A stretch of 62,761 nucleotides of DNA, counting the filler, from Trichosphaerium sp. ATCC 40318 (Eukaryota; Protista; Tubulinea), in the NCBI GenBank assembly GCA_038496445.1. It is 4 parts of 4 records of this genome, joined end to end, with 100 filler letters (N's around TTAATTAATTAA, not from the genome) between each part and the next. Parts side by side here need not be neighbours in the genome. Positions count along the whole stretch, not along the records: positions 1 to 15,371 come from JALMLS010000098.1; 3 more parts are not named here. The stretch is one strand, 5' to 3'. Position 1 is the first letter of the stretch; every line of letters begins with the position of its first letter. The position numbers and the translations under genes were made by a program. Below the pieces are notes generated by a model. That model searched no databases. It worked only from the letters and a program-made list of their open reading frames with translations, and was not told the DNA's origin. Shown piece by piece: positions 1 to 12,610 of the stretch.

Positions 1-485
1 CTTTTATGTATTTGGTGAGATAAATGAGATAAAACTTTTCCCAAAGCAACGCTGCGCGTTTGTTTCGTATAAATTTAGAGAGGCTGCAGAGGCAGCTGTA
101 AAGAGACTCTACAATTCACTTATTGTAAATGGTTGCTTTTTGAAGGTTGCATGGGCACGACCACGGCAGCTCACTGACATAGAGACTGGAACTACACCTA
201 TGCCTCTTGGAACAGCACCAACTATGGGGTCTAAAGGTGAGTAGACAACTTTTAAAGCATAAATACTTAATTTTCTTAGGACCAAAAGCCTTATATCCAT
301 CGATGAACCCTGAAAATGAAGGTGCCATGGGTGATCACAATGTTCAGAGCTGGAGGTACGAATATTTATTTTAAACTATCATTCACATGTCTATCAGTGG
401 TGCAGCACCAGGAGATAAGCGTAAGAGACAAACAACAGGTCCTGAAACACCCGAAAAAAAAGCTAAAGTCGAAACTAAAAAGTAA
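1..485 (+). CDS. 3' end of an unidentified spliced gene (partial)
   Basis: GT-AG introns (~237-279, ~356-397) join exons ending ...GDKRKRQTTGPETPEKKAKVETKK-TAA, an NLS-like tail, followed by AATAAA. Confidence 0.5.
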
Positions 486-691
486 CTAAAAGACCATACC
501 TGTATCTTTGGACTGACCTCTTTTTGTAAAATTTACAGTGTGAATAAATTGCATGTGTAATTGTTAGATATTTTTCTATTCGCAAAGGAAGCCACTATCT
601 TTAGGATAACATAAGTGTACGGCCGTACATTCTATGTGAAAAATTTTTGAATGTCTGGTCAAAGTAGTTATATTCATTCTGTCGTACAAAC

Positions 692-3600
692 ATGCCGAGA
701 GGAGCTTGTTGTAAACGGAGTTCAGGTTTCACTGTTAGTAATCCATCAAAGAACTACGCGCCTCATCTTGGCTTGGAACCAAAACATATCGTTATAAAAG
801 CAAACGTTGATCTTGCCAATAAAAAGGTTGATTTTGTAGTTACGCATACCATCAAATGTAATAATGTAAGCTGTCGCAGCATTGAGTTGAACGCTATGGG
901 TAAGTGGCCATACATTGACGTTATTGACTCGTATTAGGCTTTCAAAACATGGCTGTTACCTGTGACTCGGTTGATTGGTACAAATAATTGTGTATTAACA
1001 AAATTAACGCCAACAAGGTCATACAATGGTGAAATTGTGACTCTTACGTGGGACAAACCCTGGAAGCAGGATGAGACTAAAGATGTCACCCTCAGCTATA
1101 GTGTATGCCATTTGTCTTAAATAGTCGTTAACGCTTTTTCAGGTTGTAAATCCTATTACAGCTGTAATATTCCGCTATCCAGATGAAAAGTTCCCGGACG
1201 TAAGCCCATATTTGCTCATCGGTATGTAAACTTAGAAACCTTGTATCTCACGTGCTTTAGACAACGAATCTGAGCGTGCCCGCTACTGGCTCGCCACTGT
1301 AGACATCCCTACTGTCCGTACTACCCTTGAGTATTTTATTACGGCAAAGAAAGGTACTAGACTCTGCAAAATATAAAATTAATGATGATCTTTAAAGAGT
1401 ACACTATTCTCGCCAATGGTAAAGAAACAAAATTGGAAGAAGACAAGGATAGCACACTTAAAACAGCCCACTGGGTCCTGGATTATCCATGTCCTGCTTA
1501 CTTGACTTGTTGGGCCGTGGGTGACTTTGTAACTGGTATGTGATTTTATCTATTTGTGGAACGATGCTAATATTGCCCAGTTAAGGACGAAGCACTTGAC
1601 GGCATTCCAATATCGTATTTTGCTCCAAAGGTACCTCTTATGCTTTTAAACAGTGTACTCATGGTTATAAAACAGGAAGTGAAGGAATCAGACTTGAGAC
1701 TTACATTCCAAGAGACAAGGAAAATTATGGCTTGGATGCAAAAACGTACACAAGTTCCTTTTCCTTTCAAGGACTATAAATACTTTCAAATCATAATGCC
1801 TGGAAACTCTGGTGCTATGGAGTACGTTACTTATTACCTTATAAAAAAGCTAAATCGTCCTGATAAGGAACATCACCTTGACTACCTGGGGATTTGTGTT
1901 TATGCTTGATGAGACATGGGATAAGGATTTTCGTTTATTCATGGATATTGTTAACACTCATGAGATGGTAGGTGTTTAGTTAAAATTTTTGTGACACGTT
2001 TTATGGTTCATAATTATTATTTTTAGGCTCATTCATACTTTGGTGACTCTGTTGTTATTCGACACTACGAGCATACGTGGCTTAAAGTATATTGTTTTTT
2101 GTAAACAGCAGCTTTTTTTCTGACCTTTCTTTGTAGGAATCTTGGGCTGAGTACATGGAAGCATGTTGGCTTGAAGATAATAGGGTATGTTGTTTCAACA
2201 CGCATATTTAACTAATGGCTCAAAAGGGACGAGACGAGCTTGAATATGATATATACACTAAGTGCTATCAGTACTTTGGTGAGTGCAATTCGTATGTTCG
2301 TCCAATTGTGGAGCGCTGGTACGTATTAATTATTGCGTTATCTTTACCTTATTGTGCACTAATTACATGGCTAGTTACGACACTTCTTGGTCAATGTTTG
2401 ATATGTGCGTTGCATAAAGTTATTGGTGAATGGTTATTCATATCATTCTAGGCACACATACCCAGGAGGTTGTGTTAGGATTCATATGCTAAGGTACAAC
2501 TTTTTCTTCTTTTTTTCTTTTTTTCTTGTTCTTTTGTTAACTTTCGTAGGTGCCTTCTTGGTGATAAATACTTTTGGGCAGGCGTAAAAGATTACCTTGA
2601 AACATATGCAAAGAAGGTAGCCGAGACTGATGACTTCCGTAAATGCTTAGAAAAAGCAAGTGGACTTAACCTTACCAAGTTCTTTGATCAATGGTACGTT
2701 CCTGTATAAACTGCTACCAAAAGTCTTCTAATGCGTGATTTAGGCTTTATAGCAAAGGGTACCCTAAATTTAAAGTGAGTTACAAGTACAACACAACAGA
2801 TAAGTGTGTGACAATCACCGCGGAGCAAACCCAAGTGGATGCAAAGAAAGGTGTAAATCTTTTTGATATGGATTTACCAGTCCGTGTTACCGATGTGGAT
2901 GGTAAGGAAGTTACAGCTAAACTCGTATTTGAGAACGTGCGTTTAAAGGAATACTTGTTGGTACTCATATATTCACAGACCAAATACGCAGCTGTTACCC
3001 TTAACGTTGATGCTAAACCATCAATGGTTTGTGTTGACCCTGATTTGACACTTGTGTATGGATTGGACTTCAATCCTGGACTTGATATCCTCAATAATGT
3101 AGTGACAAAGCATAAATCAGTAGCACAAAGAATATGGGCAGCCAAGACACTTGCTAAGGTACTTGCAATAATCATAGGTCTTATTATAATAATCTTGTTT
3201 CTAGGTAGGCAGTCGTGATGCCTTAGCTAAACTAAGCGCTGCAATGGACAATGAAAAGTTCTATGGTGTTCAAGCTCAAGCAGCGCTTGCATTGAAAACA
3301 GCAAAGACTGCACACGGTATCAATACGTTGACCCACTTTTTAAAGACATTTACAATGCCTTTGTCTTTGGTACGATTCTTTTTCCTCTTCTTCTTTGATG
3401 CCTTACTATATATCTCTAGAGAGCAGTCACACTTGCTTGTCAGAGTATTAAGCATCCGAAAATGCGCTCAGCATTATTGGAATTCGTAAAGACACCAAAG
3501 TTGACTTACAGTGCCTTGAGCAGAGCACTTGGCGCCCTTGGCAAACAGGTAAGTTGTATGAAAGCTAATTCATATCTCTGACTTGCTTTCTTAAAGGCCA

Positions 3601-4247
3601 ATGATGCTGACTTCGAAGTGTTGAAGTCCTTTGTTGAGGGAGAGTACGTAGGTGGGTACTACAAGATTGTCACACGTGGTGCATTGAGTGCCATGGGATC
3701 ACTGCAATCGAAGGATGCTTGCGAATACCTCAGGTAGGAAATGTTAGCTTGAGAGTTTTATTAATAATGATTTACAGATCGAAATGTCCTTATGGTGAAG
3801 TCCATAATCTTGTGCGCACATCTGCTATCTCTTCCCTCGCTAGCGTGGCCACATGGCAAGATGAACTTACCAAGAAACGTACAATTGCCTACCTGGAGAC
3901 TCTTTTAGCAGAAGATAATGCTGGTGTCATAAAAGCTGCTGTTGGTGCACTTGTAACATTGAAATCCACGGTAAAAACCCCAATACAAAACTTTGATGTG
4001 CTTACTAAATGTTAAGGGATCTGCTTCTGCAATAGCCGGTTTGCGTTCCAGTTTGTCTAACCAAGATTCCCCTTGGCTTGACAGGAAGCTCAAGGCACTT
4101 AATGGATCATCTGGTAACAACGAGTTGAAGAAACGTGCGTTTGTAAAACTTCATTAAAATCTAAAAGTATTTTTAGAAGTCGAACAGCTTTCGAAGAAAG
4201 TAAGCGCTTTAGAGAAGCAAGTAACAGAATTAAAGGCTAAAAAGTAG
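692..4247 (+). CDS. M1-family aminopeptidase (PepN-like) with C-terminal HEAT repeats and coiled coil, multi-exon
   Basis: Spliced translation gives GAMENITLTTW, HEMAHSYFGD...WLKESWAEYME (HEXXH+E zinc motif), YPGGCVRIHML and FFDQWLYSKGYP. HEAT-like helices follow and the ORF ends in TAG. Confidence 0.9.
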
Positions 4248-4415
4248 AAAACTGAGTTCTCAGTTTACTTTGTTTGTAACTCAGAATAAAAGTTTTTTAT
4301 TTTGCAACGCTGGAAATAACAGTTATTTTCTCCTTGTTTGATATTTTTAAACAAAAGTCAACCAAGTTACTTTGTAAGTTGATATAATTTTGTCGCTGGC
4401 CGTTACCAACTCATA

Positions 4416-7107
4416 ATGGTATTAAATCGCGTTATAATTAACAATATCACAATTATAACAAAAATAGGAACAAGCCTGCCATGTAATTTACCTTCCAGCG
4501 GAGCTGATAGAGTCTATATGCTGCTATTGTTCGCCATACGAGATAATGGCGTTATCGCTCGCTACACGTAAATTACTGTGGTTACATCAATACCATAAGC
4601 TCTGGAGGCGTCAAACCGCGATGTATTATCCTAATATTTACCATTGGTGGGTTTAACACGAAAATATTTTGTTTGTCATCATTATTGAAATTCTATAGTC
4701 TCAGAGACCTCCCAACGATAAATGAAAAGCCACCATGGTGGCATTCACGCTGGAAATGGGAACAATCCAAAACGCATCAACTGTACTTTGTTCACATGGC
4801 AACGTACGCATAAGACTATATACCTATTATAACGGATAATAGCGTGCGACAGCGTATTATACGAGAGAAAATGGCAATACTCTCCAGAATCGCGTCACGA
4901 CAGCCAACTATCGTCAAAATACCAGATATCGAATTACAAGAGGTACAAATATTTTGTAAAACTAAAACCCAAAAGAACTCGATTTTTATACGGGTCATAT
5001 CAACCGTCAGACGTTATCCTTACTGTATATAGGTTGTGGGATTAATGGAAATGTTCCCAATGAGGGCAGACTACTTTGCAATGTCTTGTTACATCATAAA
5101 ACGTCTTGTTTTTCAACCGAAAGGTAGGAACTATGAAGAGCAGTCATTATTACTGGGTGAATGTACGTTAAAATTTCCATTGTTGAAGATACTCTATTAT
5201 CATTTTTAAAGCCTTGACACGCACAAAACAATGGCATAAATACTCATTAAGTATTTTTATAGACGGTGCTATGGATGCTATCATAAATGGTTTGAAAAAC
5301 TTTCCAGGGGATGTAGCACTTTATAAAGATGGCCTTGGAGCTCTTGGTAATCTTGAATTACGTGGTAAGGCTTTAATTCACGTAATTTCTTCAAGAATCT
5401 GTTTCCTTGTTGTTTTAAACGTATTAATTATGTTCTAGAGGAAAACAAGGAGTATGTCAAAACTACAGATTTTGCAGATTTGGTATTTGAGCAACTCAAA
5501 GCTCAAAAACATAGTGACTTTTTCCTAAATGCTTGTTTTGCATTGATGAATTTGTGTTACAGAGATGGTACGATTAATTACTTTCTCCCTTCGTACCTAT
5601 GCACCAAGTGCACTGTACCCTTCCCCAAGTTATTCTGAATCGCAACGTGGATCTCACTAGTGATTTAGTCATCTTTTTCTTGTGTATTCATAGCAAAGTG
5701 TTTTTTTTTGTTTACACGCTTTTGGTTTACTTATTTCTGCTTAGAACAACTTTCTCAGGTTTTTGTTGAACGTGGGTTAATAGAACACGTTGTAGCTGGT
5801 CTTAGAAGTTTTCCAGATAAGCCAGACGTGCATCGTGAGATTGGTATGTTGTTAAGAGATTTCACATATCATGCCGAGATTTGGGGAAGACTTCTTGAAC
5901 TTGATGCCATTTCTTTGGTTGTAAACTCTATTGACAAATTCAGAGGTACTTACGAACAAAAAATTTTATTCCTCTAGCTGGTACCATGATTTTTGCGGAT
6001 ATTTCCAACGCTTTTGTTGGATGTGAACCAGTTTTTTATCGATGGTTAATATGAAGCTAACCTAATCATAAATAGAACCTTATCATTCTGATATGCACGG
6101 TGCTCTGATAAATATTGCACTTGATGGTAAGTATAGATCGAATATTATTTTGTGTTAATAGTTTTTTGCTTTAGTTCATTGTTTTAACGAAATGATGAAG
6201 ACAAATATTGTTTCTATTCTTGTTGGCTATTTGAAGGTTGACGAAGGTAATAAGATATACTGGCAACAAGATGTAGCTCTTTTAAGAAATATTGCAAGCT
6301 ATGGCACGTGATTTTTTGAGACCTTCATTTGAAAATTCTTCAAAAAAAAAAACTAACGAACTTAATTATAGAATCATCCTGGGATGTTTTAAAAGAAAAT
6401 GATGTTCCAGAACTCCTCCTTAGTGGGTTTGATCGTTACCCTTTGGAGTTTACAATATTGACAGATTTAATGGCATTCTTTGGCAATATTACACATTTCA
6501 GTATGTTCTTTTTATTGTCTCTTTTGTGAGGGTTCAAAGAAGTTAATAAGATTTTTTTTTTTAGTGACTGAGGATCTTATCAAAAAAGTATTTTTGAGAG
6601 GTTTAAAAAGTATTACTCGGTTTGAGGAATATAAGCGTTCTGAAGCCGCTAAAAAGAAGGAAAAGTCATCTGAAGAGAGTGAGAATGGTAGTAGCTTTGT
6701 AGAGACAGCATTATGGGCACTTGTCCTATTTTTACGTACGTAATTGTTGATATCAAATTGCAGGTCACTTTACAAAAAAAGAAAGTTTTGTAAAAATTCT
6801 CTTCGAGAACAGTTCAACAAAAAGTGCTTTTATCATTTTTCTTTCAAAAACCTTTTAACGAACCTAAGACAACTTTTTTGAAAAAGTTTGAAAAACTAAG
6901 TGCGCAGTAGACTGTTGTTTTGTTTTTTCTTTCTTGCTTTTTTTGTTAATTTATTATTTAGATCATAGAAGTAGCCCTGCATTAATCACTGTGCTTATGC
7001 GAGAATTGGATTCTTTGAGATGTTTAAAAGGTTTGTTATCTCAACAAGGACTAAAGATTCGTCGGGAACGCATCATGTACATTTTAAAGAGCGCAAAGTT
7101 CATGTAA
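4416..7107 (+). CDS. F-box plus armadillo-repeat protein, multi-exon
   Basis: ATG then intron, then EQACHVIYLPAELIESICCYCSPYEIMALSLATRKL (F-box). ARM-like repeats follow, e.g. GAMDAIINGLKNFP..GLGALGNL and GLIEHVVAGLRSFP. Confidence 0.7.
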
Positions 7108-7141
7108 AATCAGAGCCATTTAAAAAAAAACAGAAATAAAA

Positions 7142-7937
7142 ATTAACAAGTCCGCTTGAAGATGTTCATGGTTTGGACTTCAAGCAGTCTCAGATCGTTA
7201 TTAGAGAAGAATTTTTCCTGTAGGTTTCAGTAATCTTGAGTTTGTTTACCAGATGCCACCTTTGAAAAGAACAGAAACAATCGACAAGATGACCAAAAAG
7301 ATTTTGTGGATTTGAAAAGGAACAAGATTTATTTACATTTACAAGTGAAGAAGTTACTACATTTGTGGTCTTATCTGAATTTGCTTGTACAAACATTCAA
7401 TACAGACTCGTTTGTGACATCACATTTCCTACCAGCTTGCATACTTACTGAGATACCCTATAAACAAAGAGTTGGTAAAACGTTTTCGTTTAAATAAAGG
7501 AAAGTTTGTAAAAACGCACATGAAAGAGAGACTTCAAGTACATCCTGGTGCATGTGTACAACATTCTGTTTTTTACACCGGACTTCATAGGACACCAATA
7601 AAGAAATACAGTCTTTGTTCTTTTTCCATCTGATCCAAGATCGTAATTGTATGAGAATAAGACATATCTCGGTTCATTTTCAGGAAGCTGTTCAACAAGT
7701 GTTTGCCAATCATCTCCTTGTTTTCCCTTTGTTTCAATGACAACACGAGAATGATTATCAGTAAGCTTGTATACAATGTAAGGACTTCCTTTTCCCATCT
7801 TGAATCTATTGAAGAAGACGGTGAGGAAGAAAAGAAGACAACGAATGAGTGGTGAAGAAAAAAGAAAAAAAGACGCACTTATCAAATGCTGGGATGCAGT
7901 CGTCATCTAGTTTTGTTTGGACTTGTAGTACGCTCAT
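7142..7937 (-). CDS. ADF/cofilin family protein
   Basis: LDDDCIPAFDKFKMGK..YIVYKL..LPENEPRYVLFSYNY..KTVFLYWCP..VKNRMLY matches the ADF-H fold signature. Confidence 0.9.
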
Positions 7938-8323
7938 GATGTATTGTTTTTTGTTGTTGTAAAATATGATATGATGTTGGATAACTTCCTCAACAAAGTG
8001 GAAGTACGTTTCGGTAATTTTTTCGTTGCAAAACAAGGTCATTGACCAAAAAATATGAAGAAAATTCTACTTTTCACTGAAAACAAGTTTGAAGAATTTC
8101 AAAATGAGACATTTCAAGGTCAAACTGCAAAACCTTACTTGCTCAACGTAGTTTTGGCGACATTGTATGAAAGTGAGTGTTCGGCATGAGGCAATCTGTG
8201 AAGTTTCATGTTTAGCCGTTGTTACAGAGATATCTAGGTGAAAGAATGGTTTTTACTATTTTACACGTGTACAAAGAGGTTTTATCTCCTTTTTTTTTTT
8301 CTTTTTTTTTGCACTATGTGACA

Positions 8324-11228
8324 TTACTTATTGTCCTCCTTACTTTTAGTCCCTTTTAATGTAAGCATTTGCTTAACAAGAAGGACACGCTTAAGTTGTT
8401 GTAAATCTTTAATATTGCACTCAGCTTTATAGTGCTTATTGTCCATATCACGTTGTGCTGAAAATAGATTATACAATTGCTCCTTAAAAGAAAAAATCAG
8501 TTAAGCTTGCGAAAAAGCAGTTGGAAAAAAGAAAACAAACCTTATTCTTTATCCATTCGGGGGATTCTAAGAGTAAGTCATTATGATCAAGAACTGACAC
8601 CATTTTTAAGGTAGCTGCTTCAATAGCAAGGTTAAGTTTAATTAACTTTGTCTTATAAGCAAGTAACTCAAGCTCATGTTGCTCTATGAGCATTGCAGCT
8701 TCTTGTACTGTCTTTGGAGCATTTGCTTTCTTATCTTTCTTAACTCTGTAATCAAAACGTCAGCATTGCTTATAAAATCTACAAATACGTACTCTACAAC
8801 ACCTTCAACAACATCTTGTGGGTCTATAATCAACTTATCAGCATTTCTAGGCAAAGTCTTCGTTCGAGGTGATCTCGACTTTCTAGACTTTGTTTTTCGT
8901 CCTAAACCCTTACGTTACAACAAGTAATATACTTCTCAAAGCTACATACGTTCTATTTTTGATGATCCAGGCGCTGCCAGACTAGGTCTAGTAATTGATG
9001 GCGTAGATTTAGACAACTTAGAATCCTTCGTGACGCTCAGCAACGTCTTTTCTTTTAAAGCAGTAGGTGCACTAGAGTATTCCTTTGGAATATGCCATAC
9101 ATGTATTGCACGGTCCCAACCGGTAGTAAAAACGTCCCACGCATCACTTTAAAGCGAAATAAGCATAAACGATACTAATAAGCATCAAAGCACGTACGCT
9201 TCTGGTTTCCAAACCGGAAATATCATTGATATAGCGTCAGTGTGCTTTGTAGGGATATTCGTTATAAATTTATAAGTAACAGGATCCCAAGCGGATATGG
9301 TCTTATCCCAAGAGCAAGTCCAAACCCATTTACCTACTAAAGTAGACCAATAAACAGTAGAATTATAATGATGCCTCAATTCTTTTTTAAAAGCCAGTGA
9401 AACCTTATCATATATCTAAAACAGATATTGTTAGAGCGCTGTAGTTCATGTAGTAAACTCTTTGAGTGTACCATAATGAGACCATCGTCTTGGCCTACCC
9501 AAATATCGTCGTTTACTTCAGAAAAATACGATACTTTTGCACTATCATGTTCAACGCATATCTCGCATGTAGTACTATCCCAAACTTCTATTTTCTTTCC
9601 TCTGTAACACCATACCTTTCCATCAATATGTGAAGCCCTCAAATACATTGTAGGACCTGCTTCAACAAGCTCGTTTGTGATCTGTCTTGTCTTTAAACGA
9701 AAATTAATACAAAAACATCATAATCATTTTCTACCTCTACATCTACTACAACTAAGCTCTCTCCAAGTACCCATACAGTTTCTGGTGCTACTTGAACAAC
9801 AACTGCCGTAAAACATCCAACTTCTATAGATTTTGTGGCAGGTTCTTCGTCACCAGAAAAGTCCTTAAAGGTAATTAATAATTAGTTTTTTGAGAAGGCT
9901 TCTTACTTTAACATCAAAAATTGTTACACTGGTTCCAGCTGCCACCTACAATCACGTCAGCACGATGAACAAATATATATAGGAATTACATACCCAAATA
10001 CTACCAGAGATAACGATTGGAAGCGAGGCAAGCTGTCTGAAGTGAAATTAATAACAAAAAAAAACAATAATGATTTCATCATACCCAACCTTTGTTTTAA
10101 GGCGATACAGTTCTCTGAGTGTCTATAAAAGAATTAAACCACTAAACCGAACTATAATCAAACATACCTTGATGTTGCGCACAGCTAATACGCCAATAGA
10201 ATCAAAAGAATACAAATAGTCATCTACACGTACTACACCAAGAAGTGACTTTCGATGGCTATAAAAAGGTCAGTAATGTGCAACAAAAATATCCATTTGA
10301 TGAAACAAATACCTAAATAGTCTATAACGAAAATAACCAGCCTAAAAAAGCAAGAAGAATCAGTAAGATAATCTATAAGTTCATTCAGTAAAGACCGTAC
10401 AGACTTGCAAGTACTCAACTCTTGTGCCTCAAAAATGCTTGAGTAAGAATCAATAATCCAGCAAACAAACTGTTCGCTTTTAGACACCTCAGGGCTAACG
10501 AAAACGCCACCCATATGCCCAAATATGGTTGATAGGTTTATAATATGCATCATGTTTACACCAGCGTTTAGGCTTACGTTGTGTAATAAATAGAGGACAC
10601 TTGTAATTGTAGCACGATTGACTAGAGGTAATTTTTGAAAAAGGTCCAAAAATGTTTTTATACGCTTTTCGGGCTCTTCTTCTACAAAAAAAGCATGAGA
10701 AATCGCTAAGATACGCGTTCATGTACCATGTTCGGTGAAAGTCTGAACAAACGCGTTTTGAAGTTCTGAGGAGAAAAGTGGAGCTGGGAGTTGCCGAAGG
10801 TACTTTTTAAGCGTGCTAGCAAAATCTTCTGTACTGTACGTTGTTTTGGATAGCACGATTTTATCTCCTCGACCTTGTAGTGTTACAAACAGCGCTGGAT
10901 GTACTGAATACCTTTGTCAAATTCTGCTTGTAGCTCAGCCATTACATCAGCTGCTCCTGGCACGCGAAATATGCCCTCAGTAGCCAACCCCTTCATTAAC
11001 AGCGCTGATACGCACTTGTCAATAATTATAGGCACATCAAGGGTAGAAGCCAACTTTTCCTTCTCCCAAGCATGTAATACGCCTATTGGTGTACCAAAGG
11101 TTGCTACAGGAACCTCGTTTGGTCCTACACCATTTTAGTAAAGGTGATGCTAAATTACCGTTACCTGTACTGCGACGCTTCTTCTTACTGTCTTTGCGCT
11201 TGGACTTCTTGCGGCCGATAATGCTCAT
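8324..11228 (-). CDS. RhoGAP protein with WD40-like beta-propeller and coiled-coil C-terminus
   Basis: FGTPI..VPIIIDKCV..GLATEGIFRVPG (catalytic Arg), ASTLKKYLRQLPAPL and NMMHIINLSTIFG. Downstream VWTCSWDKTISAWD and GWDRAIHVW are WD-like. Confidence 0.85.
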
Positions 11229-11323
11229 TTAAAACGCAGTATTTAGGCAGTGATCACTGTAAAATCCTGTTTTTAAATATTAGGCTGTCAAATCCGAGAC
11301 AGCAAAAGCAAGTCAATAAAACG

Positions 11324-12404
11324 ATGCAAGGTTGTCCTACGTGGAAGCTAGTCCTAGTTGGTGATGGTGGTGTTGGTAAGAGTGCTATCTAATAGCAGTA
11401 TTTGATTTTTTTGACGTCTGGAAGGTAAAACCACTTTTGTAAAGCGCCACCGGACTGGCGAGTTCGAAAAAGAGTATAAACCAACAATGGGAGTAGAGGT
11501 TGGTTTTTTCAAAAAATTAGCAGTTAAAACTGACTGCGAGCGCTAGGTTCACCCTTTAAAGTTCACCACAAACTACGGTGACATTTGTTTTAATGTCTGG
11601 GACACGGCAAGTCTTATTTTTTTTTCATTTCGCTTAAAACTTACACTTACGTAGGCAGGGCAAGGTATCTACAACTTCTTTTTGTTTTTTTTATTAAATC
11701 GCGTTAATTGTTTCAAACAGAAAAACTTGGCGGCCTCCGCGATGGTTACTACATTGGAGGTACTGCACATGCATAATTAACGCAAAAAACTTATCAGTAA
11801 TCAAGGTCAATGCGCTATTCTAATGTTTGACGTTACTTCCCGTATGACGTACAAACATGTACCAAATTGGCATAAGGATGTAGCTCGTATTTGCCATGGG
11901 GCACCAATCGTAGTTTGCGGCAATAAGGTTGACGTAAAGATTGAACAAAGAAAGGTCAAGGGAAAACACATCTCCTACCACAAGAAAAAGAAATTGGAGT
12001 ATTTCGACATCTCTGCGCGTAGTAATTACAACTTTGAGAAAGTACGTTGTAAACAAAACCCCGCGTAATTATTTTAAGCTCTTCACATTGTAACTATTTA
12101 TTGCAATAGCCTTTCCTTGTATTAGCACGTAAGCTTGTTGAGAGAGAGAACTTGGAATTTGCTGAGGTAGAAGCACTTGAGGTATGTAGCATAGCAACTA
12201 TTTAAGGCGCAAAAAATGTCTGTCAATTTTTTATTTTGAAAATACTATTTTGGGTTTTTCGGGCTTATACTAACTCCCTCATAGCCACCAGAGATTCCTG
12301 TAGACCACGCTAAGATGAGCCGCTATGAGCGGGAATTAGAGAGTGGTACTCTGACCAATGCCAAAAAAGTGCCTCTTCCCGATGAGTCAGGATCAAATAT
12401 TTAA
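11324..12404 (+). CDS. RAN: Ran family small GTPase (divergent)
   Basis: [68 protein letters not shown]. Confidence 0.92.
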
Positions 12405-12610
12405 ATGGTTCAAAAAGCTTTTAGAATAATTTATTAATAAAGCCACTGTACTCTTTTTTTCTTTACTGGAGGTTAATTATGAGTCATAACTAATTTAGCA
12501 CGTAATCAGCTTTTTTTACATGCATTGATGACGTTGCACCGAAAACCAAAAAAATAACAAAAAAAGCATTGGACAATGAAGCTTATTGGTATATTATTAC
12601 GTTTTGTACT

